A stretch of DNA of 64,000 nt, taken from assembly GCA_963797265.1 (NCBI GenBank), contig CAWCOY010000005.1:111544-175543 (forward strand), read 5' to 3'. The notes under the pieces were generated by a model. It had not been told where the DNA came from and searched no databases. It was given only the letters and a program-made list of their open reading frames with translations. Numbering within the stretch: position 1 is the stretch's first letter; the number at the start of each line of letters is the position of its first letter. The position numbers were made by a program, and so were the translations under genes. Shown here piece after piece: positions 39,026-48,952 of the stretch. Source of the DNA: an uncultured Solirubrobacterales bacterium (GTDB lineage: Bacteria; Actinomycetota; Thermoleophilia; Solirubrobacterales; 70-9).

Positions 39026-40399
39026 TCAGGCAGCCGCGCCGAGCTTGGGCGAGGTCCAGGGCTCCTTCAGCCGCCGGGTGAGCTCGTCGCCGAGCTCCGC
39101 GATCGGCAGCCGGTCCTGCTTCAGCGAGTCCCGGTCGCGCAGGGTGACGGTGTCGTCGTCCATCGTCTGGTGGTCGACCGTGACGCCCCAGGGCGTGCCG
39201 ATCTCGTCCTGGCGGCGGTAGCGCTTGCCGATCGAGCCGCCGGTGTCGTACTCGGCGGGGAGCAGCTCGCGCAGCTCCTCGTAGATCTCCCGCGCTTTCT
39301 CCGGTTGGCCGTCCTTGTTGACGAGGGGCAGGACCGCGACCTTGACCGGCGCCAGTTTGGGGTGGAGGCGCAGAACGGTGCGCTCGCGCCCCTCGACCTC
39401 CTCGGTCTCGTAGGCGTCGATCATGAAGCTGAGCATCGCCCGGTCGACGCCGGCCGCGGGCTCCACCACGTGGGGGACATAGCGATCCCCGGACCCCGAG
39501 TCGACGAACTCCAGCTTCTCCCCGGAGAACTTTGCGTGCTGGGTGAGGTCGAAGTCGCCGCGGTTGGCGATCCCCTCGAGCTCCGACCAGCCCATCGGGA
39601 AGTCGTACTCCACGTCCGAGGTCGCGCTCGAGTAGTGGGAGAGCTCGTCGGCGCCGTGTGCTCGGAGCCGGAGCTTCTCGGGCCTGATGCCGAGGTCGGT
39701 GTACCAGCGCAGCCGCTGTTCCATCCAGTAGTCGTGCCACCGGTCGGTCTCGGCCGGCGGGACGAAGAACTCCATCTCCATCTGCTCGAACTCGAAGGTC
39801 CGGAAGATGAAGTTGCCGGGCGTGATCTCGTTGCGGAACGACTTGCCGATCTGGGCGATGCCGAAGGGAGGCTTCTTCCGCGCGAACTGCAGGACGTTCT
39901 TGAAGTTGATGAAGATGCCCTGCGCCGTCTCGGGGCGCAAATAGGCCTTGTTCGACTCGTCCTGGACGGGACCGACGTATGTCTCGAACATCAGGTTGAA
40001 CTGGCGCGGCTCGGAGAGCTCGCCACCGCAGACCGGGCATTGGATCTCGCCCTCGGCGTCCTCGGAGCCGAGCTGCGCCTCGCGCAGGTCATCCTCGCGA
40101 AAGCGCTGCTTGCACTCGCCGAGGCATTGGACGAGGGGATCGGTGAAGCCGGCGAGATGCCCGGACGCCTCCCAGACCCTGGGGTTCTGGATGATCGCCG
40201 AGTCCAAAGCGACGATGTCGTCGCGCTCCTGCAGCATCGAGCGCCACCACTCGTTCTTGACGTTGTTCTTGAGTAGGACGCCGTAGTGCCCGTAGTCGTA
40301 GGTGTTGCGGAAACCGCCATAGATCTCCGACGCCGGGAAGATGAACCCCCGCCTCTTGCAGAGCGCGACGATCTCCTCGAGCTTGGTGAGCTCAGCCAT
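39026..40399 (-). CDS. glyQS: glycine--tRNA ligase (homodimeric class II type)
   Basis: 457 aa from an internal ATG. [20 protein letters not shown]-type N-terminus and [21 protein letters not shown] (motif 2 region). Confidence 0.95.
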   Translation of the reverse strand: [457 protein letters not shown]

Positions 40400-40479
40400 G
40401 GCGGTCAGCGTAAAGGGGCCACTCGGCGGAAGGCCGCGTGCGTTGCGCATGGGCGCCGCCCACTACCCTCTCCCTCCCG

Positions 40480-40791
40480 ATGCCGATCTACGAGTACCGC
40501 TGCCTGAACGGACACACCTTCGAGGTGATCCAGAGCATGTCCGACGATCCGGTCGAGACCTGCGAGGTTTGCCGCGCACCGGTCGAGCGGGTCTTTCATC
40601 CCGTCGCGGTCCACTTCAAAGGCTCGGGCTTCTACACGACCGACTACGCCAAGAAGGTGAAGGCGGGCGCAGCGAAGGACGGGGGTTCGTCAGGGGATTC
40701 GGGCGGCTCGGACTCGGGCTCATCGAGCGAGACGAAGTCGTCCTCGTCCGACGGCGGCGACAAGGCCGCCAAAAGTTCCAGCTCCGACTAG
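40480..40791 (+). CDS. FmdB-family zinc-ribbon putative regulatory protein with Ser/Gly-rich tail
   Basis: MPIYEYRCLNGHTFEV......CEVC is the CxxC_CxxC_SSSS-type zinc ribbon. Confidence 0.8.
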   Translation: MPIYEYRCLNGHTFEVIQSMSDDPVETCEVCRAPVERVFHPVAVHFKGSGFYTTDYAKKVKAGAAKDGGSSGDSGGSDSGSSSETKSSSSDGGDKAAKSSSSD

Positions 40792-42149
40792 GGCGAGCAC
40801 TGCGCTTGGTGCGGCGGGTCTGAGCCGGTCAGCTTCTTGACCGCATCGATGCACTCGCTCTCCGGGATCTGCAGGCTTCCCCCGGGGCCCGATGAGATCG
40901 CGGCCTTGTTGCCGCCGAGCACGTTGGTCTCGCCGCTGCCCCCGATGATCGCTGCGATCGCGACCTGGGGGAGCGTGAAGCCGCCCATGTCGCTGATGAA
41001 GGCCTTCGGGGCGTCCCAGCCGATGAACGGTCCCTTGAGGAAGTTGTAGGGAAACCGGGTGATGCTGGTGAGGCGTCCCTTGATCCCGTTCAGGACCTCC
41101 TGCTGGCGGGCCGCTCGGTCGCGATCGTCCTCTGACGGATCGCAGTTGTTGTGGCGAAGCCGGGCATAGGCGAGCGCCTTGTCGCCCTGCAGGGTGATCT
41201 CGCCAGGCGGCAGCTTCAGGGAGACGCCGCCCTGTTTCTTGCCTCCGTCGACATCGCCGCAGACGACCGCGCCGTCCTCCTTGCCGTTGGTGTCGGGCAC
41301 GTCGATGTTCACGCCACCCAGCGTGTTGATGAAGTCCGCGAAGCCGTCGAAGTTGACGATCACGATGTGGTTGATGTCAATCCCGAGGAAGTTCTCGACG
41401 GTCTTGATCGTCGAGGCCGGGTTGCCGTTGGGGCTGTTCGTGTTGCAGGCCAGCGAGGCGTTGATCTTCTGCTCGCCGCAGTCCGGGATCGCCGCGAAGC
41501 TGTCGCGCGGGATCGAGAGCTTGTGGAACGAGGTCAGGGAGGCGTGCAGGACCATGATCGTGTCCGCTCGCGGTGGCCCCTGGCCCTCGCTGCCGCTGGC
41601 GTTCCGCTGAGTCTTCCCTCGCCGGTCCCCTCCGAGGATGAGGATGTTCTGGCCGAGCAGGACGTCCGGGCCGCCCTTGAGGGCGTCCTTGGCGGACTGG
41701 GGCAGCTTGCCCTTCTGGATCTGGGCTGAGATCGCGAAGGTGATGAAGCTGAGCAACAGCCAGCCGACGACGGCGATCAGGACCCAGCGCAGCCAGGGCC
41801 GCTTGCCCCCGACGAGCCGCCTGAGGCGCCCCCGCCAGCCGCCGTCCGCGCCCGCCGTTCGCAGGCTGGCCAGGCTCGGCTTCCGGATCCGGTCCCGCAG
41901 GCTGGGCCGGGAGCGGTAGACCCGGTACGGCAGCTTCTCTCGCCGCTCGCCGGGCTTTCGGCTCCGCGGCGCCGACCGCTTCTTTCCCGACCGGCCCCCG
42001 CGCCCGTAGACCGTGTACTCCGGCTCCTTCCCGGATTTGCCCTCGCGCGAGCCTCCGGAGCCGCCGGCCTTCTGGGGCTCCTTGGGCTTCCCGCCGCCCT
42101 CGGAGCCACCGGACCGCTTCGGCGGCCGATCATCTCCCTGCGGAGACAT
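40788..42149 (-). CDS. LCP (LytR-CpsA-Psr) family cell-envelope phosphotransferase
   Basis: Basic N-terminus, one TM helix, then NILILGGD.R.....RADTIMVLH......LSIPRD and VNFDGFADFINTLGGV. Confidence 0.85.
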   Translation of the reverse strand: MSPQGDDRPPKRSGGSEGGGKPKEPQKAGGSGGSREGKSGKEPEYTVYGRGGRSGKKRSAPRSRKPGERREKLPYRVYRSRPSLRDRIRKPSLASLRTAGADGGWRGRLRRLVGGKRPWLRWVLIAVVGWLLLSFITFAISAQIQKGKLPQSAKDALKGGPDVLLGQNILILGGDRRGKTQRNASGSEGQGPPRADTIMVLHASLTSFHKLSIPRDSFAAIPDCGEQKINASLACNTNSPNGNPASTIKTVENFLGIDINHIVIVNFDGFADFINTLGGVNIDVPDTNGKEDGAVVCGDVDGGKKQGGVSLKLPPGEITLQGDKALAYARLRHNNCDPSEDDRDRAARQQEVLNGIKGRLTSITRFPYNFLKGPFIGWDAPKAFISDMGGFTLPQVAIAAIIGGSGETNVLGGNKAAISSGPGGSLQIPESECIDAVKKLTGSDPPHQAQCSP

Positions 42150-42194
42150 GGGGTATCAATACTTCCGCATGCCGCCGGACCCTTCCTGCAACGC

Positions 42195-42221
42195 GAGCCC
42201 GTCCGTAGACCCGACGGGCTC
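42195..42221 (+). promoter_or_regulatory. 9-bp stem hairpin (GAGCCCGTC-N9-GACGGGCTC) abutting the start codon of the ROK gene
   Basis: Perfect arms seen directly. The 3' arm ends at the nucleotide before GTG 42222. Confidence 0.3.
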
Positions 42222-43178
42222 GTGACCCCTCGGGAGACCATCGGCGTCGACCTCGGGGGGACCAAGATGGCGGTCGGGGTGGTCGATTCCGACCAGCAGG
42301 TCCACTACCAGGGCAGGGAGCCCTCGACCGGCCTCAGTGAGGAGAAGCTGGTGGAGGAGCTCGCCCGGGAGCTGCTCGAGGCCAAAGAGGCGCGGCCGGA
42401 CGTGCTCGCCGCCGGTCTCGGCATCCCCGCGACGATCGACCGGGACAGGGGCCTCGCGATCCACGCGGTCAATCTGACCATCACCGACGTCCCGATCCGA
42501 GACCTGATGCAGGAGCGGACCGGGCTGCCCGTCTTCGTCGATAACGACGCCAATGTCGCGGCTCTGGCCGAGCACCTTTACGGCGCCGGGCGTGGCGCGC
42601 GGGACGTCGTGCTGCTCACCATCGGCACCGGCATCGGCGGCGGCCTGATCCTGGACGGCGAGGTCTACCGCGGATCGACCGGCGCCGCCGCAGAGCTCGG
42701 CCACATCGTGATCGAGGAGGACGGGCCACCCTGCCAGGGGAACTGCCCCAACCACGGCTGCGTGGAGGCGCTCGCCTCCGGGATCGCGATCGCCAAGGCG
42801 GGCACGGAGGCGGCGGAGCGCGATCCCGACTCGGCCTTGGGGAAGGCGCTCGCGGAGGGCCCGATCGTCGGGCGCACGGTCACCGAGCTGGCGCTCGCCG
42901 GGGATGAGCCGGCGCGGGAGGTGGTGGCCCAGGCGGGCCGCCACATCGGTGTCGCACTGAGCAGCCTGGCCAACATCTTCGATCCCGACGTGTTCGTGAT
43001 CGGCGGCGGGGTGTCCACGGTTGGGGACCTGTTGCTCGATCCGGCACGCGAGGAGCTGCGCTCGCGCGCGCTGCCCCCGCAGAACGAGAGGCCGGTCAAG
43101 CTCGCGGAGCTCGGTCCCGACGCCGGGATGATCGGTGCGGCCGCGATGGCCCTGATCGAGCTCGACAGGGAGTCCTGA
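42222..43178 (+). CDS. ROK family sugar kinase (glucokinase-like)
   Basis: IGVDLGGTKMAVGVVD ATP motif and the ROK Cys/His motif CQGNCPNHGCVEA. Confidence 0.85.
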   Translation: MTPRETIGVDLGGTKMAVGVVDSDQQVHYQGREPSTGLSEEKLVEELARELLEAKEARPDVLAAGLGIPATIDRDRGLAIHAVNLTITDVPIRDLMQERTGLPVFVDNDANVAALAEHLYGAGRGARDVVLLTIGTGIGGGLILDGEVYRGSTGAAAELGHIVIEEDGPPCQGNCPNHGCVEALASGIAIAKAGTEAAERDPDSALGKALAEGPIVGRTVTELALAGDEPAREVVAQAGRHIGVALSSLANIFDPDVFVIGGGVSTVGDLLLDPAREELRSRALPPQNERPVKLAELGPDAGMIGAAAMALIELDRES

Positions 43179-43179
43179 G

Positions 43180-44001
43180 GTGCCCGGCAAGCTGGTCGTC
43201 TGCCCGACTCCGATCGGGAACCTCGAGGACATCACCCTGCGCAGCCGCCGGGCCCTCTACGAGGCCGACGTGATCGCCTGCGAGGACACCCGCAGGACCG
43301 GGCGGCTGCTGGAGCGCATCGAGATCCAGCCCCAGCGGCTGGTCTCCTACCACGAGGGGAACGAGGCCGACCGGGCGCGGGAGCTCGCCCAGCGGATCGA
43401 GCGCGGGGAGAACGTCGCGCTGGTCTCCGACGCGGGCATGCCGGCCATCTCCGATCCGGGATATCGGCTGATCCGGGCGTGCATCGATCGCGACCTCGAC
43501 CTCGAGGTGCTGCCGGGGCCCTCGTCGATCCTCACCGCGCTGGTGGCCTCGGGCCTGCCGACGCACCGTTTCCGGTTCTACGGCTTCCTGCCCCGGCGCA
43601 CCGGGGAGCTCGAGCGCGTCCTCCAATCGACCGAGACGCTGATCGCCTTCGAGTCGCCCAGGCGACTGCCGGAGTCGCTGCGCGCGCTCGCCCAGCTCGC
43701 GCCCGATCGGCCGGCTGCCATCTGCCGCGAGCTCACCAAGCTGCACGAGGAGATCGCGCGGGGGACGCTCGGCGAGCTGTCGCGCCGTTTCCGCGAGGAG
43801 GCCCGCGGCGAGATCGTCGTCGTCATCGGACCCGCAGCCGAGCGGGGCACGGCCGACATCGGCTTCGCCACCGACGCCCTTCGCGGGCTGATCCGCGCCG
43901 GGGCGAGGCCCAGGGCGGCGGCCAGCGTCGTCTCCGCGCTCACGGGCGTGCCCGCCAACGACCTCTACCGCGGGATCACCGGACGCGATCCCCGCCGCTA
44001 G
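43180..44001 (+). CDS. rsmI: 16S rRNA (cytidine1402-2'-O)-methyltransferase
   Basis: LVVCPTPIGNLEDITLR....L...DVIACEDTR and SDAGMPAISDPG motifs. Confidence 0.9.
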   Translation: MPGKLVVCPTPIGNLEDITLRSRRALYEADVIACEDTRRTGRLLERIEIQPQRLVSYHEGNEADRARELAQRIERGENVALVSDAGMPAISDPGYRLIRACIDRDLDLEVLPGPSSILTALVASGLPTHRFRFYGFLPRRTGELERVLQSTETLIAFESPRRLPESLRALAQLAPDRPAAICRELTKLHEEIARGTLGELSRRFREEARGEIVVVIGPAAERGTADIGFATDALRGLIRAGARPRAAASVVSALTGVPANDLYRGITGRDPRR

Positions 44002-45288
44002 CTAGGCAGCGATCCGGGCCTTCTTCTTGCCGCGGACGACGAAGCCGCTCTCGGATTTGCCCTTGCCGGGCTTGAGCGCGTAGATCACCCGGTAGCCGGT
44101 CATGTAGAGGAGACGCCCGTCCGAGATCACCGGGTTGTAGGCGCCGTCGGTGGAGGCGAAGACCTCCTTGCCGTCGGTGGCCCGAAGGCCGAAGGTCTGC
44201 GTCGTCTTCAGATCACCGACGTAGAAGACTTCGCCGACCATGCTGCCCGCTCCCGAGACCGGACCGTGCGCGGACGCCGACCAGCGGATGCTCCCCGTCT
44301 GGGCGTTGAGGGCGTAGACGGTGCCGTCGTAGGAGCCGAAGTACACGCTCGGGGGTGTCCCAGGCGCCTTCGCCGCCGTCGCCCCGCTGTAGACGTAGCC
44401 GCCGGTGGAGGTGGACCAGGAGACGCTCCCGTTCTGCTCGTTGAAGGCGTACATGCCGCCGGTCAGCGTGCCGGCGTAGACGTGGCCGAAGGCGACCGCC
44501 GCGGTGCCGTAGATCGGGCCGCCGGCCGATCCGGTCCAGCGCACCGACCCGTTCGAGGCGCGCAGCGCGGTCATCTGCCCGCCGTAACTGCCGACGAAGA
44601 CCGTGCCGTGGTCGTAGGCGGGTGACGCCTTGACCGCGCCGCCGACAGACGCGCTCCAGAGTTGCTTGCCCGTGCGCTTGTTGAAGGCGTAGACCGAACC
44701 GCACTCGCAGCCGGCGATCACGCTGTTGCCCACGACGAGCGGGGACGACTCCGTTCGGCCGGGGAGGGAGTTGCGCCAGGCCACCTTGCCGTTCTCGGCG
44801 TTCAGGGCCTGCACTTGGCCGGGCTCGAGGTTCGAGATGTAGAGCCTGCCGTCGCTGTAGGCGGGCGCCGACGCGTTCAGGCTCGCCACGTCACGGCGCC
44901 ACAGCTGCTTGCCGCTCGCGGCGTTGAGCGCGAAGGCCTCGCCGTTGTTGTCGATCCCGTAGACGGTGCCGTTGGCGACGATCGGCGAGTACTCCATCAG
45001 GTGGCGCGCGTCGTAGCTCCAGGCGACCTTGTAGGGAGGCTTGACCTCCTTCGACGGCAGATAGCGCGTGCGCCCGGCGTCGAAGCCGTAGCTGGGCCAG
45101 TCGCTCAGCGGCGGACCCGCCGGCGCGGCGGTCGTCGTCGTGGTGGTCGATGCGGTGGTCTCCTCGGAGCTGCCGCCGCCGCTCGGTAGGAGCGTGCCGC
45201 CGACGCCGACCACGGCGACGAGCGCGACCGCCGCCGCGATCGTCGCGGCGCGGTACTGGGTCCAGAGGGTCGTGAGGAGGTTCGCCAT
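44002..45288 (-). CDS. PQQ-like beta-propeller repeat protein, N-terminally membrane anchored
   Basis: TM helix AATIAAAVALVAVVGVGG, a Thr-rich linker, then repeated ...G.VY.G...G.vyAl.a.tG...W blades. Confidence 0.8.
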   Translation of the reverse strand: MANLLTTLWTQYRAATIAAAVALVAVVGVGGTLLPSGGGSSEETTASTTTTTTAAPAGPPLSDWPSYGFDAGRTRYLPSKEVKPPYKVAWSYDARHLMEYSPIVANGTVYGIDNNGEAFALNAASGKQLWRRDVASLNASAPAYSDGRLYISNLEPGQVQALNAENGKVAWRNSLPGRTESSPLVVGNSVIAGCECGSVYAFNKRTGKQLWSASVGGAVKASPAYDHGTVFVGSYGGQMTALRASNGSVRWTGSAGGPIYGTAAVAFGHVYAGTLTGGMYAFNEQNGSVSWSTSTGGYVYSGATAAKAPGTPPSVYFGSYDGTVYALNAQTGSIRWSASAHGPVSGAGSMVGEVFYVGDLKTTQTFGLRATDGKEVFASTDGAYNPVISDGRLLYMTGYRVIYALKPGKGKSESGFVVRGKKKARIAA

Positions 45289-45375
45289 CTGCTGCGAATC
45301 CGGGGGGATCAAAGAGGAAACCCCCAATTCCCGCGTCAAGAGCGGCGCAGGGTGAGTTACCTTGGCACGAGCGAG

Positions 45376-45642
45376 ATGGCCAAGCGCGAGCCACGCATGG
45401 TTTCGCTGGGCTACGGGAAGTTCGCCCGGGCGGATCGGATCTATGCCCTCGTCCCGCTGGATCCGAAGGATCGGGGCGACGGGCGGCGGACCTACGTTCA
45501 CGTCGACGATATGGCCGAGCCGATCGTCGCCTCCCGCTCGGAGCGCGCGATCCTCGCGGACGTCGAGGAGGCGCTGACCGAGGCGGCCGGCATCCCGCGG
45601 CGGCGACGGGGCGGGGCCAAGGGGCAGGAGAAGCTGCTCTAA
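45376..45642 (+). CDS. DUF370 / RemA-like small regulatory protein
   Basis: MVSLGYGKFARADRIYALVP...GRRTYVHV.D...IVASRSERAIL resembles the RemA/YlzA family. Start is ATG 45376 or a downstream ATG. Confidence 0.65.
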   Translation: MAKREPRMVSLGYGKFARADRIYALVPLDPKDRGDGRRTYVHVDDMAEPIVASRSERAILADVEEALTEAAGIPRRRRGGAKGQEKLL

Positions 45643-45657
45643 GTAGGCTCACTCCTC

Positions 45658-47154
45658 GTGAGCTTCTACGTCACCACCCCGATCTACTACGTCAACGGGG
45701 AGCCGCACCTCGGCCACGCCTACTCGACGATCGCCGCCGACATCCTGGCCCGGCACCACCGCCAGCGCGGTGAGGACGTCTTCTTTCTGACCGGGACCGA
45801 CGAGCACGGCGAGCCCGTGGCCCAGCAGGCAGAGGCGGAGGGCGTCACCCCACGGGAGCTCGGCGACCGCCTGGCGCCCCGCTTCAAGGAGATGGCGGCC
45901 AAGATCAACGCCTCCAACGACTTCTTCATCCGCACCACGGACGAGGGACACATGAAGCGCGTCCAGGAGATCGTCCAGCGGGTCTACGACAACGGCCACG
46001 TCTACGAGGGCATGTACGAGGGCTGGTACTGCCCGCGGTGCGCGGACTTCAAGACCGAGTCCGAAATCGGCCCCGACAGCACCTGCCCGATCCACAAGAT
46101 TCCGCTGACCCGCGAGAGCCAGAAGAACTGGTTCTTCGCGCTCTCGAAGTTCCAGGGCGACCTCGAGAAGCTCTATGAGGATCGGCCCGACTTCGTCATC
46201 CCGGAGTTCCGCCGGAACGAGGCGCTCGCCTTCATTCGGCAGGGGCTCCAGGACGTCTCGCTCTCCCGGCCGACGCTGAAGTGGGGAGTCCCGGTCCCCT
46301 GGGACACCGACCAGGTGATCTACGTCTGGTTCGACGCGCTGCTCAACTACTACACCGCGCTCGGCTACGGGGCCGACGAGGACGTCACCGAGAAGTTCTG
46401 GCCGGCGTTCCACATCCTCGCCAAGGACATCCTCAAGTTCCACGCCGTCTACTGGCCGGCGTTCCTGATGGCCGCCGAGATCGAGGTGCCGAAGGGGATG
46501 TTCATCCACGGCTTCCTGCTGATGGAGGGCCACAAGATGTCCAAGTCGCTCGGCAACGTGCTCGAGCCCGACGAGGTGATCGAGAAGTTCGGCGCCGACC
46601 CGCTGCGCTTCTACTGCTTCCGCGAGGTGTCCTTCGGCCAGGACGGCCAGATCTCGCCGGCGGGATTCGAATCCCGCTACGAGACCGAGCTCGCCGACCA
46701 GTACGGGAACCTCGCGAACCGGGTCCTCTCGATGGTCGGCCGCTACCGCGACGGGACCATTCCGGACGCCGGCGCCGAGCCGGCGCTCGCCGCGGAGTTC
46801 GAGGGCGCGCCGGATCGGATCAAGGCGGCGCTGGACGAGGCGGAGCTGAGCCAGGCGCTCGAGGAGATCTGGAAGCTCGTGCGGCGCCTCAATCAGTACG
46901 TCGAGGAGACGAGGCCGTGGGAGCTCGCGAAGGACGAGGCCTCGGCGGAGCGGCTCGACTCGGTGCTCTACGGGTTGGCCGAGGGGGTCCGCGTCACCAC
47001 CCTGCTGCTGCACGCCTACATGCCGGAGACGACCGGGCGGCTGCTCGATGCGCTCGCGGAGCCCGGCCGCGAGTTGGCCGAGTTCGGCTCGCGAGGCGGC
47101 GGCCAGTCGCTCGGCGAGCTCTCGCCGCTCTTCCCCAAGCTCGCGCCGGCGTGA
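45658..47154 (+). CDS. metG: methionine--tRNA ligase (short form)
   Basis: TTPIYYVNGEPHLGHAYS (HIGH region) and KMSKSLGN. Confidence 0.95.
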   Translation: MSFYVTTPIYYVNGEPHLGHAYSTIAADILARHHRQRGEDVFFLTGTDEHGEPVAQQAEAEGVTPRELGDRLAPRFKEMAAKINASNDFFIRTTDEGHMKRVQEIVQRVYDNGHVYEGMYEGWYCPRCADFKTESEIGPDSTCPIHKIPLTRESQKNWFFALSKFQGDLEKLYEDRPDFVIPEFRRNEALAFIRQGLQDVSLSRPTLKWGVPVPWDTDQVIYVWFDALLNYYTALGYGADEDVTEKFWPAFHILAKDILKFHAVYWPAFLMAAEIEVPKGMFIHGFLLMEGHKMSKSLGNVLEPDEVIEKFGADPLRFYCFREVSFGQDGQISPAGFESRYETELADQYGNLANRVLSMVGRYRDGTIPDAGAEPALAAEFEGAPDRIKAALDEAELSQALEEIWKLVRRLNQYVEETRPWELAKDEASAERLDSVLYGLAEGVRVTTLLLHAYMPETTGRLLDALAEPGRELAEFGSRGGGQSLGELSPLFPKLAPA

Positions 47155-47996
47155 CGGACGCCGCACTCGCGGTCCACGGGCTCGCGAAGCGGTACGGGCG
47201 TACGGAGGCGCTGCGGGGGATCGACCTAGAGGTGGCGCCCGGCGAGATGGTCGGCCTGCTCGGCCCCAACGGGGCCGGGAAGTCGACCCTCACCAAGATC
47301 GCCTGCGGCCTGGTCCGCCCGACGGGTGGTGGCGCGCAGGTATTGGGGCACCCGGCGGGCTCCCTACCGGCACGCCGAGTAACGGGGTACCTGGCTGAGC
47401 TCTTCCGCTTCCCCGGCTGGGCGAGTGCAGACGAGCTGCTCGGGCTCCACCAGAGGCTGGCCGGCTCAGAGGGCGGCGCCTCGGAGCGGGGCGAGCTGCT
47501 CGAGCTGGTGGACCTCGCTGAGTCAGCTCGCACGCGCGTCGGGGCGATGTCGAAGGGGATGCAGCAGCGGCTCGGCCTGGCCCAGGCGCTGGTCGGGTCG
47601 CCGCGGCTGCTGCTTCTCGACGAGCCGACCAGCGCCCTCGATCCAGCCGGCCGCCGGATCGTCCGCCAGGTTCTGATCCGGCTGCGCGAGCAGGGGGTCG
47701 CCGCACTGATCAATTCCCACCTGCTCACCGAGGTCGAGCGCACCTGTGACCGGGTGACGATTCTGTCGAAAGGGGAAGTTGTGGCGGCGGGTACCCCGGC
47801 CGAGCTGGCGCATACGGGGGGCGTCGAGGTCGTCACCGGAAGCGGCACGCGTCGTTTCGACCACGCCTCCAGGGACGAGGTCCCCGGCATCGTCTCGGAG
47901 CTGGTGGCAGCCGGCGAGAAGGTCTACGAGGTGCGCCCGCTGGGCAGCACCCTCGAGGACACCTACCTCGAGGTGCTGGGGGAGTCGAGCGAGTGA
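47151..47996 (+). CDS. ABC transporter ATP-binding protein
   Basis: Walker A GPNGAGKST, signature MSKGMQQRL, Walker B LLLLDEPTSALD. The GTG overlaps the metG stop (GTGA). Confidence 0.9.
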   Translation: MTDAALAVHGLAKRYGRTEALRGIDLEVAPGEMVGLLGPNGAGKSTLTKIACGLVRPTGGGAQVLGHPAGSLPARRVTGYLAELFRFPGWASADELLGLHQRLAGSEGGASERGELLELVDLAESARTRVGAMSKGMQQRLGLAQALVGSPRLLLLDEPTSALDPAGRRIVRQVLIRLREQGVAALINSHLLTEVERTCDRVTILSKGEVVAAGTPAELAHTGGVEVVTGSGTRRFDHASRDEVPGIVSELVAAGEKVYEVRPLGSTLEDTYLEVLGESSE

Positions 47997-48868
47997 GCGC
48001 CGCATCCACGAGCTCGATCGCCGCCGTCGCCACGGTTATCGGCTACGCGGTTCGCGAGAGCGTCCGCCGCAAAGTGCTGGCGGTGGTCTTCGTCCTGACG
48101 GTGGGATTTCTGGCCCTCTACGCGATCGGGGTCCATTTCGCCTTCCGCGACACCCAGGGCTTCGCCGGCTTCGATGTGATCAACACGAAGGCCTTCACGG
48201 GCGCAACGCTGCTGGGCCTGGCGATGTTCGCGACCCTCTTCCTAGGTGCGGTTGTCGCCGTCTTCCTCACGCTCGGCGTGGTCCGGGGCGACGCCGAGAC
48301 GGGCCTGCTGCAGCCACTGGTCGTGAGGCCGCTGGGGCGACGGACCATGCTGCTCGCTCGCTTCACCGGCGCCGCCGCGTTTGCGGCCGCATACGGGCTG
48401 TTCGTCTATCTCTGCTCGATGCTGATCACCGGGGCGATCGGCGGCTGGTGGCCCGACCACGTCCTCGGCCCCGGCCTCGGCCTGGCGGCCGGGCTGGTGG
48501 TCGTCGCCGCCCTCTCCCTGCTGGCCTCGGTCTTTCTCACCTCCACCGCGCAGGGGATCGCGATCCTGATGGTCTTCGGCGCCGGCCTGACAGCCGGCCT
48601 GCTCGGCCAGATCGGCGATGCGCTCGATTCGGACTCACTCAGTGACTTCGCGAAGGTCGCCTCCTGGATCCTGCCGTTCGAGGCGCTCTACCAGGGCGGT
48701 CTCAACGCGCTCACGTCGGACACAACGGGATTGACAGGCACCGCGATCAGCCTGGGTCCGTTCGGAGGCCCGCAGGGCGCGGGGATTGGGCTGATCCTGT
48801 GGGCGGCCGCCTACCTGGGCATTACGCTCGCGGCCGCCAGCTTCAGCTTCGCCCGACGCGATCTCTGA
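47993..48868 (+). CDS. ABC-2 type transporter permease
   Basis: About six hydrophobic helices. The GTG overlaps the ATPase stop (GTGA). Confidence 0.7.
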   Translation: MSAASTSSIAAVATVIGYAVRESVRRKVLAVVFVLTVGFLALYAIGVHFAFRDTQGFAGFDVINTKAFTGATLLGLAMFATLFLGAVVAVFLTLGVVRGDAETGLLQPLVVRPLGRRTMLLARFTGAAAFAAAYGLFVYLCSMLITGAIGGWWPDHVLGPGLGLAAGLVVVAALSLLASVFLTSTAQGIAILMVFGAGLTAGLLGQIGDALDSDSLSDFAKVASWILPFEALYQGGLNALTSDTTGLTGTAISLGPFGGPQGAGIGLILWAAAYLGITLAAASFSFARRDL

Positions 48869-48952
48869 GGATCCGTCCAGAGGCTCTGAGGCCTTGATCG
48901 GCCGTGGTACGGTGGCCCGCGTAACCAGGACGCCTTTGAAGGGAGATTTTTT

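Noticed and set aside
40400-40479. T-box or other leader upstream of glyQS (and upstream of metG at 45643-45657)
   Set aside because: The gaps are only ~80 nt and ~15 nt, far too short for a T-box leader, and no specifier or T-box sequence is visible.
40788-40791. Convergent FmdB-like and LCP genes sharing the tetranucleotide CTAG as overlapping stop codons
   Set aside because: The overlap is real but trivial, and no functional implication can be argued.
45649-47166. 505-aa ORF antisense to metG, and similar long antisense ORFs (49395..50759, 58739..59968, 42156..43235, 54542..55747)
   Set aside because: Same shadow-ORF signature. Each overlaps a gene with unmistakable family motifs on the other strand.
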